Below, in pieces: positions 1 to 9,492 of a DNA stretch of 64,000 bases (its first letter is position 1; each line of letters begins with the position of its first letter). The stretch is from positions 640,001-704,000 of the forward strand of contig JBFLYH010000001.1 in the NCBI GenBank assembly GCA_040756875.1. Reading direction: 5' to 3'. The translations under genes and the position numbers were made by a program. Under the pieces are notes generated by a model, which was not told where the DNA came from, made no database searches, and saw nothing but the letters and a program-made list of their open reading frames with translations. This DNA comes from a candidate division FCPU426 bacterium (GTDB lineage Bacteria; Oederibacteriota; JAAXVQ01; JAUVAV01).

Positions 1-7
1 GGCGGGC

Positions 8-2287
8 GTGCATCTCATTACAGTCAACGATTATCTTGCCGAACGCGATTCCATGGGCGCCGGAAACTTCCGCGGGATGGGCGAGATTTACCGGTTTTTG
101 GGTCTGACCGTGGGTTGCATCAAGCATGGATTGAACTCGAGGGAGCGCCAGACCGCTTACGCCTGCGACGTGACCTATGGCACCAACAATGAATTTGGAT
201 TCGATTACCTCCGGGACAACATGGCCATTCATCCGGACGAACGGGTGCAGCGAAAGCTGAATTTCTGCATCGTCGACGAAGTGGATTCCATTCTGATCGA
301 CGAAGCCCGGACGCCGTTGATTATTTCGGGGCCGGCCGAGGAATCCACGGATAAATATTACCGTGTCGACAAGATCATTCCGCGCCTCAATGCCGCCGCC
401 GATTATACCATTGACGAAAAGTCCCGGACCGCGGTTCTGACCGAAGAGGGGATTGCTCACGCGGAAAAATTAATGGCCGTGGGCAACCTATACGACCCCC
501 GCAACGTGGAGATTCTGCACCACATTCATCAGGCCCTGAAAGCCCACGCTTTGTTCAAACGCGACCGTGATTACGTCGTCCAGGAAGACCAGGTGGTGAT
601 TGTGGACGAGTTCACGGGGCGGCTCATGCCAGGGCGGCGTTTTTCCGAAGGGCTGCACCAGGCGCTGGAAGCCAAAGAAGGCGTTCGCATCCAGCGGGAG
701 AACCAAACCCTGGCCTCCATCACTTTCCAGAATTATTTCCGTCTCTACAACAAATTGAGTGGAATGACCGGAACGGCCGACACCGAGGCCGAGGAATTCA
801 TGCACATCTACAAACTGGACGTGGTCGTCGTTCCAACCAACCGCCCCATGATCCGCGCAGACCACGGCGACCAAATCTTCCGAACGGAACGGGAAAAATT
901 TGCGGCCGTGGCGCAGGAAATCAAGGAAGCTTATACGCAGGGAAAGCCGATTCTGGTCGGCACGATCTCCATCGAAAAAAACGAGACGTTGTCCGAACTT
1001 CTGAAACGGCAGGGCATACCCCACCAGGTCTTGAATGCCAAGCACCATGCCCGTGAAGCCGAGATCGTCGCCCTGGCCGGGCAACCCAAAGCTGTAACCA
1101 TCGCGACCAATATGGCCGGACGGGGAACGGACATCGTGCTGGGGCCGGGCGTCAGGGACCTGGGCGGATTGCACATCATTGGCACCGAAAGGCACGAAAG
1201 CCGCCGGATTGACAACCAGCTGCGCGGGCGCTCGGGGCGGCAAGGCGATCCGGGTTCCTCCCGATTTTACGTCTCCCTGGACGACGATTTGATGCGCATT
1301 TTCGGTTCCGAACGGGTAGGGAATATGCTGCAGAAGCTGGGACTGCAGGAAGGCGAAGTCATTGAGCATCCCTGGATCACCAAGGCCCTGGAGCGCGCCC
1401 AGCGGACGGTTGAGGGGCACAACTTCGACATCCGCAAGCATCTTTTGGAATACGACGATGTCATGAACAAACAGCGCTCGGTGATTTACGAAGAGCGGAC
1501 CCGGGTACTGGAAGGCGAAGACCTTCACGAGCACATCCTGGGGATGATCGACGACATCATCGACACCGGGCTGCCCGAGTTGACGCCGGAAAAAGTTTAT
1601 CCGGAGGAATGGGAATGGGATCATTTGCGCGCCTGGGCCCGCCAATATCGCGTGGAACTGCCCTGGACGCAGGAAACCTATCATGAGGCCAGCCGCGAAA
1701 AAATTGCGGAAGCGTTCAGGGCCGGGGTGTTAAACGGTTTTTCGCAGCAGGAAACCACCATGGGGCCGGAAGTCATGCGGCAGTTGGAAAGGGCCCTGTT
1801 GCTGCAAATCGTAGATCAGCACTGGAAAGAGCATTTGTACGATATGGATAAACTGAAGGAAGGCATTGGCTTGCGCGCTTATGGGCAAAAAGACCCGTTG
1901 CTGGAGTATAAACGGGAAGGATTCGAGATGTTTGCGGCCATGATCCTGCAGATCAAGCAAGAGCTGATCCAGCTGTTGTTGAAAATCCAGGCGTATAATC
2001 CCTCAGAACAGCGGCCACGTTCGGCATTGGCGGGAGGCCGTTGGACCGAATCGAGGCCAGAATTCGTCCAACCGCAGCGGCCGGTCGAACCCGCGGGAGT
2101 CATGGCGCCGCCGGGAGCCGGCGGAATGCCGATGATGGGGCAGGGCCCCAGGGATATGACCCAGGCCGTGCCTACCGGAGGCCAGACGAAAGTCGAGCCC
2201 ATCCGCCGGGCAACTCCCAAAGTCGGGCGTAATGACCCGTGTCCTTGCGGTTCGGGGAAGAAATATAAAAAGTGTCATGGACAATAA
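8..2287 (+). CDS. secA: Preprotein translocase subunit SecA (5' end lies upstream of window)
   Basis: Motifs [58 protein letters not shown]-terminal [22 protein letters not shown]. Confidence 0.99.
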   Translation: MHLITVNDYLAERDSMGAGNFRGMGEIYRFLGLTVGCIKHGLNSRERQTAYACDVTYGTNNEFGFDYLRDNMAIHPDERVQRKLNFCIVDEVDSILIDEARTPLIISGPAEESTDKYYRVDKIIPRLNAAADYTIDEKSRTAVLTEEGIAHAEKLMAVGNLYDPRNVEILHHIHQALKAHALFKRDRDYVVQEDQVVIVDEFTGRLMPGRRFSEGLHQALEAKEGVRIQRENQTLASITFQNYFRLYNKLSGMTGTADTEAEEFMHIYKLDVVVVPTNRPMIRADHGDQIFRTEREKFAAVAQEIKEAYTQGKPILVGTISIEKNETLSELLKRQGIPHQVLNAKHHAREAEIVALAGQPKAVTIATNMAGRGTDIVLGPGVRDLGGLHIIGTERHESRRIDNQLRGRSGRQGDPGSSRFYVSLDDDLMRIFGSERVGNMLQKLGLQEGEVIEHPWITKALERAQRTVEGHNFDIRKHLLEYDDVMNKQRSVIYEERTRVLEGEDLHEHILGMIDDIIDTGLPELTPEKVYPEEWEWDHLRAWARQYRVELPWTQETYHEASREKIAEAFRAGVLNGFSQQETTMGPEVMRQLERALLLQIVDQHWKEHLYDMDKLKEGIGLRAYGQKDPLLEYKREGFEMFAAMILQIKQELIQLLLKIQAYNPSEQRPRSALAGGRWTESRPEFVQPQRPVEPAGVMAPPGAGGMPMMGQGPRDMTQAVPTGGQTKVEPIRRATPKVGRNDPCPCGSGKKYKKCHGQ

Positions 2288-2353
2288 CTGACATCGAATT
2301 GCCTAAAATACTAGGCGGAAACGTTTCTGTCGTAATCTGTAAATGAAATAAGA

Positions 2354-2382
2354 TTGACAGACGAAAATCAATCTGTTACTAT
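2354..2382 (+). promoter_or_regulatory. Sigma70-type promoter of the tRNA pair
   Basis: TTGACA (2354-2359), 17-nt spacer, extended -10 TGt-TACTAT (2377-2382), ~25 nt before tRNA-Phe. Confidence 0.7.
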
Positions 2383-2406
2383 TTGTCCTCTTTTGACATG
2401 GATTAC

Positions 2407-2482
<76 letters not shown>

Positions 2483-2598
2483 GATTTTCGCTGCGCGAAA
2501 ATCAGAGCAATCGTGTAATTGGCAATTGAACAATACGCCACTCGCCTTGCGGTTTGTTGTTCACTGGCTCTATTTTCTCGTGTGTAAATATACATTTT

Positions 2599-2674
<76 letters not shown>

Positions 2675-2714
2675 GAAAAGAACAAACCTATGGTTTTTGA
2701 AATCGCCTAAGTCA

Positions 2715-2753
2715 ATCCCTCCGCAGGAGGAGAGGATCTTAGGTTTTTGCGGA
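2715..2753 (+). repeat. Hairpin-forming leader motif, copy 1 (upstream of rpsP)
   Basis: 34 of 40 aligned positions identical to 24005-24044; CCCTCCGCA pairs with TGCGGAGGG. Confidence 0.6.
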
Positions 2754-2806
2754 GGGAGCCCCGGACGTTTGTCCGGGGGGGCACTCCACTACAGAAGGAG
2801 AAACTC

Positions 2807-3076
2807 ATGGCAACCTTGATCAAACTGCAGCGATACGGAACCGTTCATAAACCGTTCTGGCGTATTGTTGTGACGGATTCCCGTAAACCGAAAGGGTGCA
2901 TCGAGCAATTGGGGACGTATGACAATTTGCGGAAACCGGTCAAACTGACGTTGAACGAAGACAAGGCGAAACTGTGGATTTCCCGCGGTGCCGTGTTGAC
3001 GATGTCGGTGCGGAAGATATTCCACCGCCGCGGTTTGTTGGCCGCTTCGAATAAAACCTCCGGTGCATCCGCGTGA
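2807..3076 (+). CDS. rpsP: 30S ribosomal protein S16
   Basis: IKLQRYG..HKPFWRIVVTDSRK..IEQLGTYD; AAGGAG RBS before ATG 2807; canonical position before khpA-rimM-trmD-rplS. Confidence 0.96.
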   Translation: MATLIKLQRYGTVHKPFWRIVVTDSRKPKGCIEQLGTYDNLRKPVKLTLNEDKAKLWISRGAVLTMSVRKIFHRRGLLAASNKTSGASA

Positions 3077-3303
3077 AACAGTTGGTGGAATTCATCGCCA
3101 CTTCCTTGGTTGACAATCCCGGCGCAGTCAGCGTCCAGGAGGAAAACGGAACCGAGGGCCTCGTGATCAAACTCAAGGTTGCCAGCGAGGATTTGGGGCG
3201 CATTATCGGGCAAAAAGGGCAGACCGTAAAAGCGATCAGGCAACTTCTGACCGCTGCTGCCGCCAGGACAAAGAGCCGGGTCTCCCTCATCGTTCAGGAA
3301 TGA
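3073..3303 (+). CDS. khpA: KH-domain RNA-binding protein (KhpA/YlqC family)
   Basis: LVDNP, EDLGRIIGQKGQTVKAIR (GxxG KH loop); position between rpsP and rimM. Confidence 0.92.
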   Translation: MKQLVEFIATSLVDNPGAVSVQEENGTEGLVIKLKVASEDLGRIIGQKGQTVKAIRQLLTAAAARTKSRVSLIVQE

Positions 3304-3833
3304 GTCCTCAGGCCGACCGTCCGGCCGCCTCCGAGGAATGGGTGTTTATCGGCAAAATCGGAGCTGCGCACGGCATACACGGCGAAGTCAAGTTGTTTCC
3401 GCTCAGCGACGTGCCCGGGCGTTTTCAAAACCTGAAACGTGTTTTTTGGATCGGACCGAAAGCCGAAGCGCGAACCCTTCAAGTCGCCGCCTGCCGGGCG
3501 ATGGACCGGTTTTATTTAGTGGCGTTTGAGGGGATAGAAACCAGGGAGCAAGCGTCCGGTTTAACCAATGGCCATCTGGCCTTGCCGCGACAGGAACGCG
3601 GCAGCTTGCCTTCGGGCCAGTATTTTGTGGACGATATCGTCGGAATGGAAGTCGTCGGCGAGGATGGGAAATCTTTTGGCCGGGTGGCTGCGGTCTGGCA
3701 GACAGGATCGAACGACGTCTACGAAGTCCGGGGCCCGGAAGGCGAACGCATGCTTCCGGCGGTGCAGGGGATTATATTGCGGATTGACCTGGCGGAGCGC
3801 CGAATGATCGTGCGCCCGCCTGATGAGGCGTGA
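3300..3833 (+). CDS. rimM: Ribosome maturation factor RimM
   Basis: IGKIGAAHGIHGEVK, YFVDDIVGMEV, TGSNDVY motifs; operon context. Confidence 0.96.
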   Translation: MSPQADRPAASEEWVFIGKIGAAHGIHGEVKLFPLSDVPGRFQNLKRVFWIGPKAEARTLQVAACRAMDRFYLVAFEGIETREQASGLTNGHLALPRQERGSLPSGQYFVDDIVGMEVVGEDGKSFGRVAAVWQTGSNDVYEVRGPEGERMLPAVQGIILRIDLAERRMIVRPPDEA

Positions 3834-4606
3834 CCATGGCTGGTGAACCGACCCGGGTGGTTACGATTTTGACCTTGTTTCCCGAAATATTGAAAGCCGC
3901 GTTCGGGCAGTCGATTTTATTGCGGGCCCAGCGAAAGGGTTTATTTGAACCGAGGCTGATCGACATTCGCGACTATGCCCGCGACAAGCACCGCACGGTG
4001 GACGATAAACCCTACGGCGGCGGCAGCGGGATGGTTATGAAGGTCGAGCCCATCGCCCGGGCATTGGCAGCCGCGAGGCGCGCGGGCTCCTTGGGGAAGG
4101 TGTATTTGCTGACTCCGACCGGCCGGCGCTTCGATCAGGCCATGGCGCAGGAAATGGCCCAGGCGCAGGCTTTCACCCTGCTGTGTGGAAGGTATGAAGG
4201 GATCGACCAGCGGGTTGAAGATCATCTCTGCGACGGTGCGATTTCCGTCGGCGATTATGTCCTAAGCGGCGGGGAACCGGCTGCATACGTGGTCGTGGAT
4301 GCCGTCATGCGCCTGGTGCCCGGCGTGCTGGGGGCTGGGGATTCGGCATTATTGGACTCTTTTTCCGGTGGCTTGCTGGATTACCCGCATTATACGCGTC
4401 CGCCGCGGTATCGTTCCTGGCAGGTGCCGAAAGAGCTGCTCTCCGGACATCACCACCAGGTAACGGTCTGGAGGCGTGAACAACAAATAAAGCTCACCGA
4501 ACAGCGACGACCGGATCTTATCCGGGTCGCGGAGAGCAAACCGCATAAGACACAGGCGGAATCGCGACGGCTGCCAAAACGCCGTAAAGCAGGAGGAAAG
4601 CCATGA
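3830..4606 (+). CDS. trmD: tRNA (guanine37-N1)-methyltransferase
   Basis: TLFPE, HRTVDDKPYGGGSGMVM, CGRYEGID, GDYVLSGGE, HYTRP (start may be ATG 3836). Confidence 0.98.
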   Translation: MTMAGEPTRVVTILTLFPEILKAAFGQSILLRAQRKGLFEPRLIDIRDYARDKHRTVDDKPYGGGSGMVMKVEPIARALAAARRAGSLGKVYLLTPTGRRFDQAMAQEMAQAQAFTLLCGRYEGIDQRVEDHLCDGAISVGDYVLSGGEPAAYVVVDAVMRLVPGVLGAGDSALLDSFSGGLLDYPHYTRPPRYRSWQVPKELLSGHHHQVTVWRREQQIKLTEQRRPDLIRVAESKPHKTQAESRRLPKRRKAGGKP

Positions 4607-5091
4607 ATATCGGGGAAACCATCAAGCAAGTCGAAAAAGCCTATTTGCGGAAGAAGCGCCTTCCCACCTTCAAACCTGGCGATGTCATCAAGGTATTCAG
4701 CCGGATCAAGGAAGGTGAAAAAGAGCGCATTCAGGTTTTTGAAGGAATGGTTATAGGCCGCAAAGGCACCCATTTGCGTGAAATGATCAAGGTTCGCCGA
4801 ATCGCTTCCGGGGTTGGAGTGGAAAGGATCTTCAATCTTCATTCGCCCATGATCAGTGAAATCAAGGTCGTGAAACATGGAGAAGCTTCGCGCGCCAAGT
4901 TGTACTATCTACGGGGGAAAACCGGGAAACATGCCCGTGTCCGGCAAATGAGAAGGGAAAAAATGCTGCAATTGCAGGCACAGGAGCAAAGCGCCATGGA
5001 AGCGGAGCAAGTCGCCTCAGCCCTGGCGGCGGCCCAGGAGGCCGCTCCGATCGCGGCAGACAAGGATGCGTCCAAATCCACCGAGGCGTGA
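4603..5091 (+). CDS. rplS: 50S ribosomal protein L19 with Ala/Gln-rich C-terminal extension
   Basis: FKPGD, IKEGEKERIQVFEG, GVGVERIF, RAKLYYLR. Confidence 0.98.
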   Translation: MNIGETIKQVEKAYLRKKRLPTFKPGDVIKVFSRIKEGEKERIQVFEGMVIGRKGTHLREMIKVRRIASGVGVERIFNLHSPMISEIKVVKHGEASRAKLYYLRGKTGKHARVRQMRREKMLQLQAQEQSAMEAEQVASALAAAQEAAPIAADKDASKSTEA

Positions 5092-5753
5092 GCATGGGCC
5101 CGATAACGCTTTCCGCTTCAGGAAAGCTGGGGACGAGACTCCAATTCGAAATAAAGGCGCGTACCGAGGGATATAAACGGGTGGCCGGACTGGATGAAGC
5201 CGGCCGCGGACCCCTGGCCGGCCCTGTCGTTGCTGCCTGCGTGATTTTACCCGAAGATTGTCAAGGACTGGAAGACCTGGACGATTCCAAGAAGCTTTCA
5301 GCCGAAAAACGCCGTGAACTTTTTATTCTCATCCATGAACGGGCCTTGCATGTGGGAGTCGGCATCGTGGATGCCGGCACCATCGATCGGATCAATATCC
5401 TCCAAGCCACCTTTCTGGCCATGCGCAAAGCGGTGGCCGCGCTATCGGCCCAACCCGATTATTTGCTTATTGACGGCAACCGGCGCCCGGAATGGGCCGG
5501 AGCGGCCGCTTCCTGCCTGGTACGTGGCGAATCGCAATCCTTATCCATTGCCGGCGCTTCCATTATTGCCAAAGAAACCCGGGATCGGATCATGCTCGAC
5601 TACGACCATTTGTATCCGCATTGGGGTTTTGCGCGGCATAAAGGCTATGGCACCCAAGCCCATTTGGAAGCCATACGACGCCACGGCGTCTGCGATCTTC
5701 ACCGCCGCAGTTTTGCTCCTATACAGCAACTGACCCTGGCATGGGCCGATTAA
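5088..5753 (+). CDS. rnhB: Ribonuclease HII
   Basis: GLDEAGRGPLAGPV, DDSKKL, IDGN, ASIIAK, HKGYGT, HRRSF. Confidence 0.97.
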   Translation: MSMGPITLSASGKLGTRLQFEIKARTEGYKRVAGLDEAGRGPLAGPVVAACVILPEDCQGLEDLDDSKKLSAEKRRELFILIHERALHVGVGIVDAGTIDRINILQATFLAMRKAVAALSAQPDYLLIDGNRRPEWAGAAASCLVRGESQSLSIAGASIIAKETRDRIMLDYDHLYPHWGFARHKGYGTQAHLEAIRRHGVCDLHRRSFAPIQQLTLAWAD

Positions 5754-6097
5754 ACCGCAGCAGCGGTCTGGCAGGCGAGAAAGCCGCAGCCGAATATCTT
5801 CTGCGCCATGGGTACAGCATCCTGGAAAAAAATTATCGTACACCCTGGGGTGAAATTGATCTTATTGCCAAGCAAGAAGACTGCTTGTGCTTTATTGAAG
5901 TAAAAAACAGAAGACAGGGTGTATACGGGCATCCCTTGGAAGCCGTAAGCGCGTTAAAGCAAAAAAGAATCACGCGGGCAGCCCAAGCATATCTATCAGA
6001 AAAATTCATTTCCCAAGAACCTAGTTGCCGGTTTGAAGTAATCGGCATTGATGAAAATGGTGAAATTACGCATATTAAAGATGCTTTTCAAGCATAA
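5741..6097 (+). CDS. YraN family (UPF0102) putative endonuclease
   Basis: GEKAAAEYL, NYRTPWGEIDLIA, FIEVK; typical position after rnhB. Confidence 0.93.
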   Translation: MGRLNRSSGLAGEKAAAEYLLRHGYSILEKNYRTPWGEIDLIAKQEDCLCFIEVKNRRQGVYGHPLEAVSALKQKRITRAAQAYLSEKFISQEPSCRFEVIGIDENGEITHIKDAFQA

Positions 6098-6265
6098 ATA
6101 AAACATTTCTTTGTTCCGTTCACTAAACCTATAATAAACAAATGCGATTCAGCCATTTGTAAATAACTGCAATAAATCCAATGTAAATAATATACAACGG
6201 AAAGTATCGATTGCGAATTGTATGCCTAAATAGGGCACACCATATAAAGGGAAAGTAAAAATATC

Positions 6266-6294
6266 TTGCGCAAAATATAGTATTGGACTATAAT
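6266..6294 (+). promoter_or_regulatory. Sigma70-type promoter of HU gene
   Basis: TTGCGC (6266-6271), 17 nt, TATAAT (6289-6294), with AT-rich upstream DNA. Confidence 0.6.
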
Positions 6295-6368
6295 TCGGCC
6301 AAGATAAGCGGAAGAACAAAACCTCAGCGTATTTCCGCAAAAATTCGAACAGGGAGGCGATCCAGAAA

Positions 6369-6650
6369 GTGATTACAAAAACCGAAATGTTGACGCAATT
6401 GGCAACCTCGACCGGGTTAAAGAAGAAAGATGTGCAAACCGTGCTGGATGCACAAACTAAACTTCTGTACAAAATTCTGAAGCGCGATAAAAAGTACAAA
6501 TTGCAAGGCTTGGGAATTTTTGCTGTGAAAAACCGTAAAGCCAGATTAGCCCGCAATCCGCAGACCGGCGAAGTCGTAAAAGTACCCGCCAAGACTGTCG
6601 TGAAATTCAGGGTTGGCAAGGATCTGAAGTCCAACGTTTTGGGAAAATAA
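6369..6650 (+). CDS. hup: HU family nucleoid-associated DNA-binding protein
   Basis: GLGIF..RKARLARNPQTGE.V.VPAK.VVKF signature; GGGAGG RBS. Confidence 0.93.
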   Translation: MITKTEMLTQLATSTGLKKKDVQTVLDAQTKLLYKILKRDKKYKLQGLGIFAVKNRKARLARNPQTGEVVKVPAKTVVKFRVGKDLKSNVLGK

Positions 6651-6663
6651 CGAAATCAAGCGG

Positions 6664-6716
6664 AAACGGCTGCTCTCGGAGGAAATGACCTCCCACGAGA
6701 GCAGCCGTTTTTTTTT
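6664..6716 (+). terminator. Rho-independent terminator after HU
   Basis: 15-bp stem AAACGGCTGCTCTCG / CGAGAGCAGCCGTTT followed by a T-run. Confidence 0.85.
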
Positions 6717-6788
6717 GCTTGACGTCAAGACCCCCTCTTTATACTATAAAGCATAAACTATACCAACCAGAATAATAGGAGTCGATAG

Positions 6789-7895
6789 GTGAACAAGAAT
6801 CCTTTTCGTCACGGAGAAGCAGTAGGCGGCGATTATTTCACAGATCGATACAAAGAACGCGAGTTTTTATTAGCCGAGCTTTCCACGGGCCATAATGTGC
6901 TGCTTTCCGGGCCGCCTCAGTTCGGTAAATCATCCTTGGCCCGTAAAGTCATGTCCGAATTCGAACAACGCGGTGTAATGTCCGTTTATATCGATTTGGA
7001 CCGCGCCTATTCGCCCGCGAAGTTCATCGAAGTTTACCTGGCCGAATTGTTGCGCGCCGCTTTCCGCCAGACCAAGGAACTTCGGAGCTTTATTCAGGAC
7101 TTGACTCCCGAGGTGAAAAAGGACCTGCAACTGAAGGTGGAAAACAATGACGAACTGATTTTGGATCTGAATGAAAGTAGTAACTTGGAAGCCATGGCCA
7201 GCGCTGTGTTGGAATTGGCGCAACACACGGTAGATTATAAAAAACGCCCCTGTGTCGTGTGTTTCGACGAAATAACGATGGGCGGAAACCTTCCGGCCGC
7301 ACTGCGGGAACGCTTTGCCGAGGTGGCGCAGGCGCACGCTGGCGTGGGATATTTGCTGGTCAGCCTGGAACCACAGCTTCCAAAAGCGGGGGACAATAAC
7401 TGGCTATCCCTGCCCCTGGACAAGATCGAAGACCGCTATTTAAAGGGATTCATAAAAACCCGTTTTGAAAACACGGGGTTTCGCATCGTGGAACCGATCA
7501 TCGATGAAATCATTGAAATGACCTATGGACATCCCCATTATACCCAGATGGTCTGCCGTCAGCTGTGGAACCAGGGCATCCATGGGAAAATTATCACCAG
7601 CAAAAATTTAACACAAGCCATCGAGTCTATTTTGGAAGTCAACGAGGAGTTTTATGCGTTTTTATGGACGGATCTTTCGTTGCATCAGAAAAATCTGATG
7701 CTGGCTCTGTGCCGGGGCGGTGGCCAGAAAATCTTTTCGCAGGATTATGTGGTGCGTTTCGGACTGGGCAGTTTCTCTACTGTGCAAAAATCCCTCAACC
7801 GCCTGCTGGAACGCCAATTGGTGGAAAAACAAAAAGACCAGTACGCAATCCGGGATATGTTTTTCCAGCGTTGGCTGACCCGCAGAATGCTATAA
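6789..7895 (+). CDS. P-loop ATPase (archaeal-ATPase/AAA-like) with probable C-terminal winged helix
   Basis: N-terminal NPF..G...F.DR..E, Walker A GPPQFGKS, Walker B VVCFDEI, GHPHYTQ, C-terminal DMFFQRWL. Confidence 0.75.
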   Translation: MNKNPFRHGEAVGGDYFTDRYKEREFLLAELSTGHNVLLSGPPQFGKSSLARKVMSEFEQRGVMSVYIDLDRAYSPAKFIEVYLAELLRAAFRQTKELRSFIQDLTPEVKKDLQLKVENNDELILDLNESSNLEAMASAVLELAQHTVDYKKRPCVVCFDEITMGGNLPAALRERFAEVAQAHAGVGYLLVSLEPQLPKAGDNNWLSLPLDKIEDRYLKGFIKTRFENTGFRIVEPIIDEIIEMTYGHPHYTQMVCRQLWNQGIHGKIITSKNLTQAIESILEVNEEFYAFLWTDLSLHQKNLMLALCRGGGQKIFSQDYVVRFGLGSFSTVQKSLNRLLERQLVEKQKDQYAIRDMFFQRWLTRRML

Positions 7896-7912
7896 GCCCG
7901 GCGGTTTGAAGC

Positions 7913-8422
7913 ATGTCAACCACGCGGGCCAAAGTTCCGGTTTATTTGGATATAGAAACCTCCTACCGCGGCGAAATCACCATTGTCGGGCTCTATACCC
8001 CCCGTCGGGGGACCAAGCAATTGGTGGGGGGGGAAGTAACGGCGTTGAACCTTTTGGAAGCGCTCAGGGATGCCGAAATCATCAAGACCTACAACGGAGA
8101 CCGATTTGACCTGCCGGTGATCCAACAACGGCTGGGTGTCGATCTCAAAGCGCTTTTGCCCCATGAAGACATCATGTACCGCTGTTGGCGCCACCATTTA
8201 AAGGGTGGCTTGAAGGCTGTTGAGCGTCAGTTGGGGCTTCATCGTCAATCGCAGGGCGTGGACGGGCTTCAAGCCATGGCATTATGGGCTGATTGGCAGG
8301 CTTCCGGCCGGCGGGAATCCCTGGAGATCCTGTTGCAGTACAATCGCGAGGATGTGGAACTGCTGGAACAAGTGGAATTGCGACTGGCGGAATTGGAAAA
8401 AAGCCGGAATAATGCAGGATAA
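7913..8422 (+). CDS. RNase H-like domain exonuclease (YprB-like)
   Basis: YLDIET, TYNGDRFDLP, LKGGLKAVERQLG, YNREDV acidic motifs. Confidence 0.85.
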   Translation: MSTTRAKVPVYLDIETSYRGEITIVGLYTPRRGTKQLVGGEVTALNLLEALRDAEIIKTYNGDRFDLPVIQQRLGVDLKALLPHEDIMYRCWRHHLKGGLKAVERQLGLHRQSQGVDGLQAMALWADWQASGRRESLEILLQYNREDVELLEQVELRLAELEKSRNNAG

Positions 8423-8499
8423 ATCCGGTTGTCCGGCTTTTCCTTGAAATGCGCTTCTATTCCGCCAGCCTTTGTGGTAAGTTGTGGGAGGGAGCGCCT

Positions 8500-9327
8500 A
8501 TGAAAGCATTGCTGAATAAAATTACATTGGAGCATCTCCAACGCCGTCTGGAAGCCTCGACCCGGCTGTTGCTGTACGTGGATTACGATTACGTATTGCG
8601 GCCGCAGTCGGGGGGGGGCGGAGAGATGTCTTTGCCAGCCGCGGACCGGGATCATTTGCGTGAATTGTCCGAGAAAAACGGCTTGACGCTGATCCTGGTC
8701 AGCAATTGCTCCTTGAGCCGGCTTAAAAAGATGGTGGGTTTTTCCGGCCTGTACTTGATCGCCAACAATGGCATGGAGATTTCCGGTCCGGATTTGAATG
8801 TGGTGCATGGCGAAGCCAAACGATTCCGCCAGGAACTGGCTCCGGTCGTTGAAAAACTGCAGTCCCAGCTGTCTGAACTGCCTGAAGTGGAGTTGGATGA
8901 CCGGGAGTACTCCCTGGCTGTGAATATTTATCAAGCCAAGCCGCCGGTGCAAAGGCGGGCGAGGATGCTGTTGGAGCAAGCCTGGACGCCGGTGATGGAT
9001 TCCTTTACTTTGTTTGAAAATCGCCACGAGTTAATCATGCGTCCGCGCCTGGGGTGGGGAAAAAGCAGGGCTTTTCTTTTCGTTTGGAACAAGTTTTCAT
9101 CCCCGCGGCGAAGGCCGTTTGTGATTTACATCGGTACTGAGGAAGGCGATGAGGAAATCTTCAGCCAACTGGGACGCGAAGGCATGGGCGTGGTCGTCGG
9201 CAGTCCGGCCCGGGCCGCCCATTCCAAGGCTGGCTATCATTTGAAAAATCGGGCCGAAGTCGCGAAGTTCATCTCGTGGCTCTCGACCAATATCGCGCGC
9301 ATTCCAACCTCCACCCTGGCGGGTTGA
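8500..9327 (+). CDS. Trehalose-6-phosphate phosphatase (OtsB)-like HAD protein with degenerate catalytic motifs
   Basis: LLLYVDYDYVL, NNGMEI, GWGKSRA, YIGTEEGDEEIF follow OtsB motif order; GGAG RBS before ATG 8500. Confidence 0.7.
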   Translation: MKALLNKITLEHLQRRLEASTRLLLYVDYDYVLRPQSGGGGEMSLPAADRDHLRELSEKNGLTLILVSNCSLSRLKKMVGFSGLYLIANNGMEISGPDLNVVHGEAKRFRQELAPVVEKLQSQLSELPEVELDDREYSLAVNIYQAKPPVQRRARMLLEQAWTPVMDSFTLFENRHELIMRPRLGWGKSRAFLFVWNKFSSPRRRPFVIYIGTEEGDEEIFSQLGREGMGVVVGSPARAAHSKAGYHLKNRAEVAKFISWLSTNIARIPTSTLAG

Positions 9328-9492
9328 TCTCTCGCACTCAGAGCCGAAAGAACCTTTGAAACATCCCGTGGGTCTAAACCTGAGGTTTTGAGCCCCTATC
9401 CTCCACTCGGCCGAAGCCCACGGTGCATATTAAATGCCTGCCCGGGCAGTATGCCTGGGATGGCATGGTGAAACGAGGAGCTGGTCAGCGAC

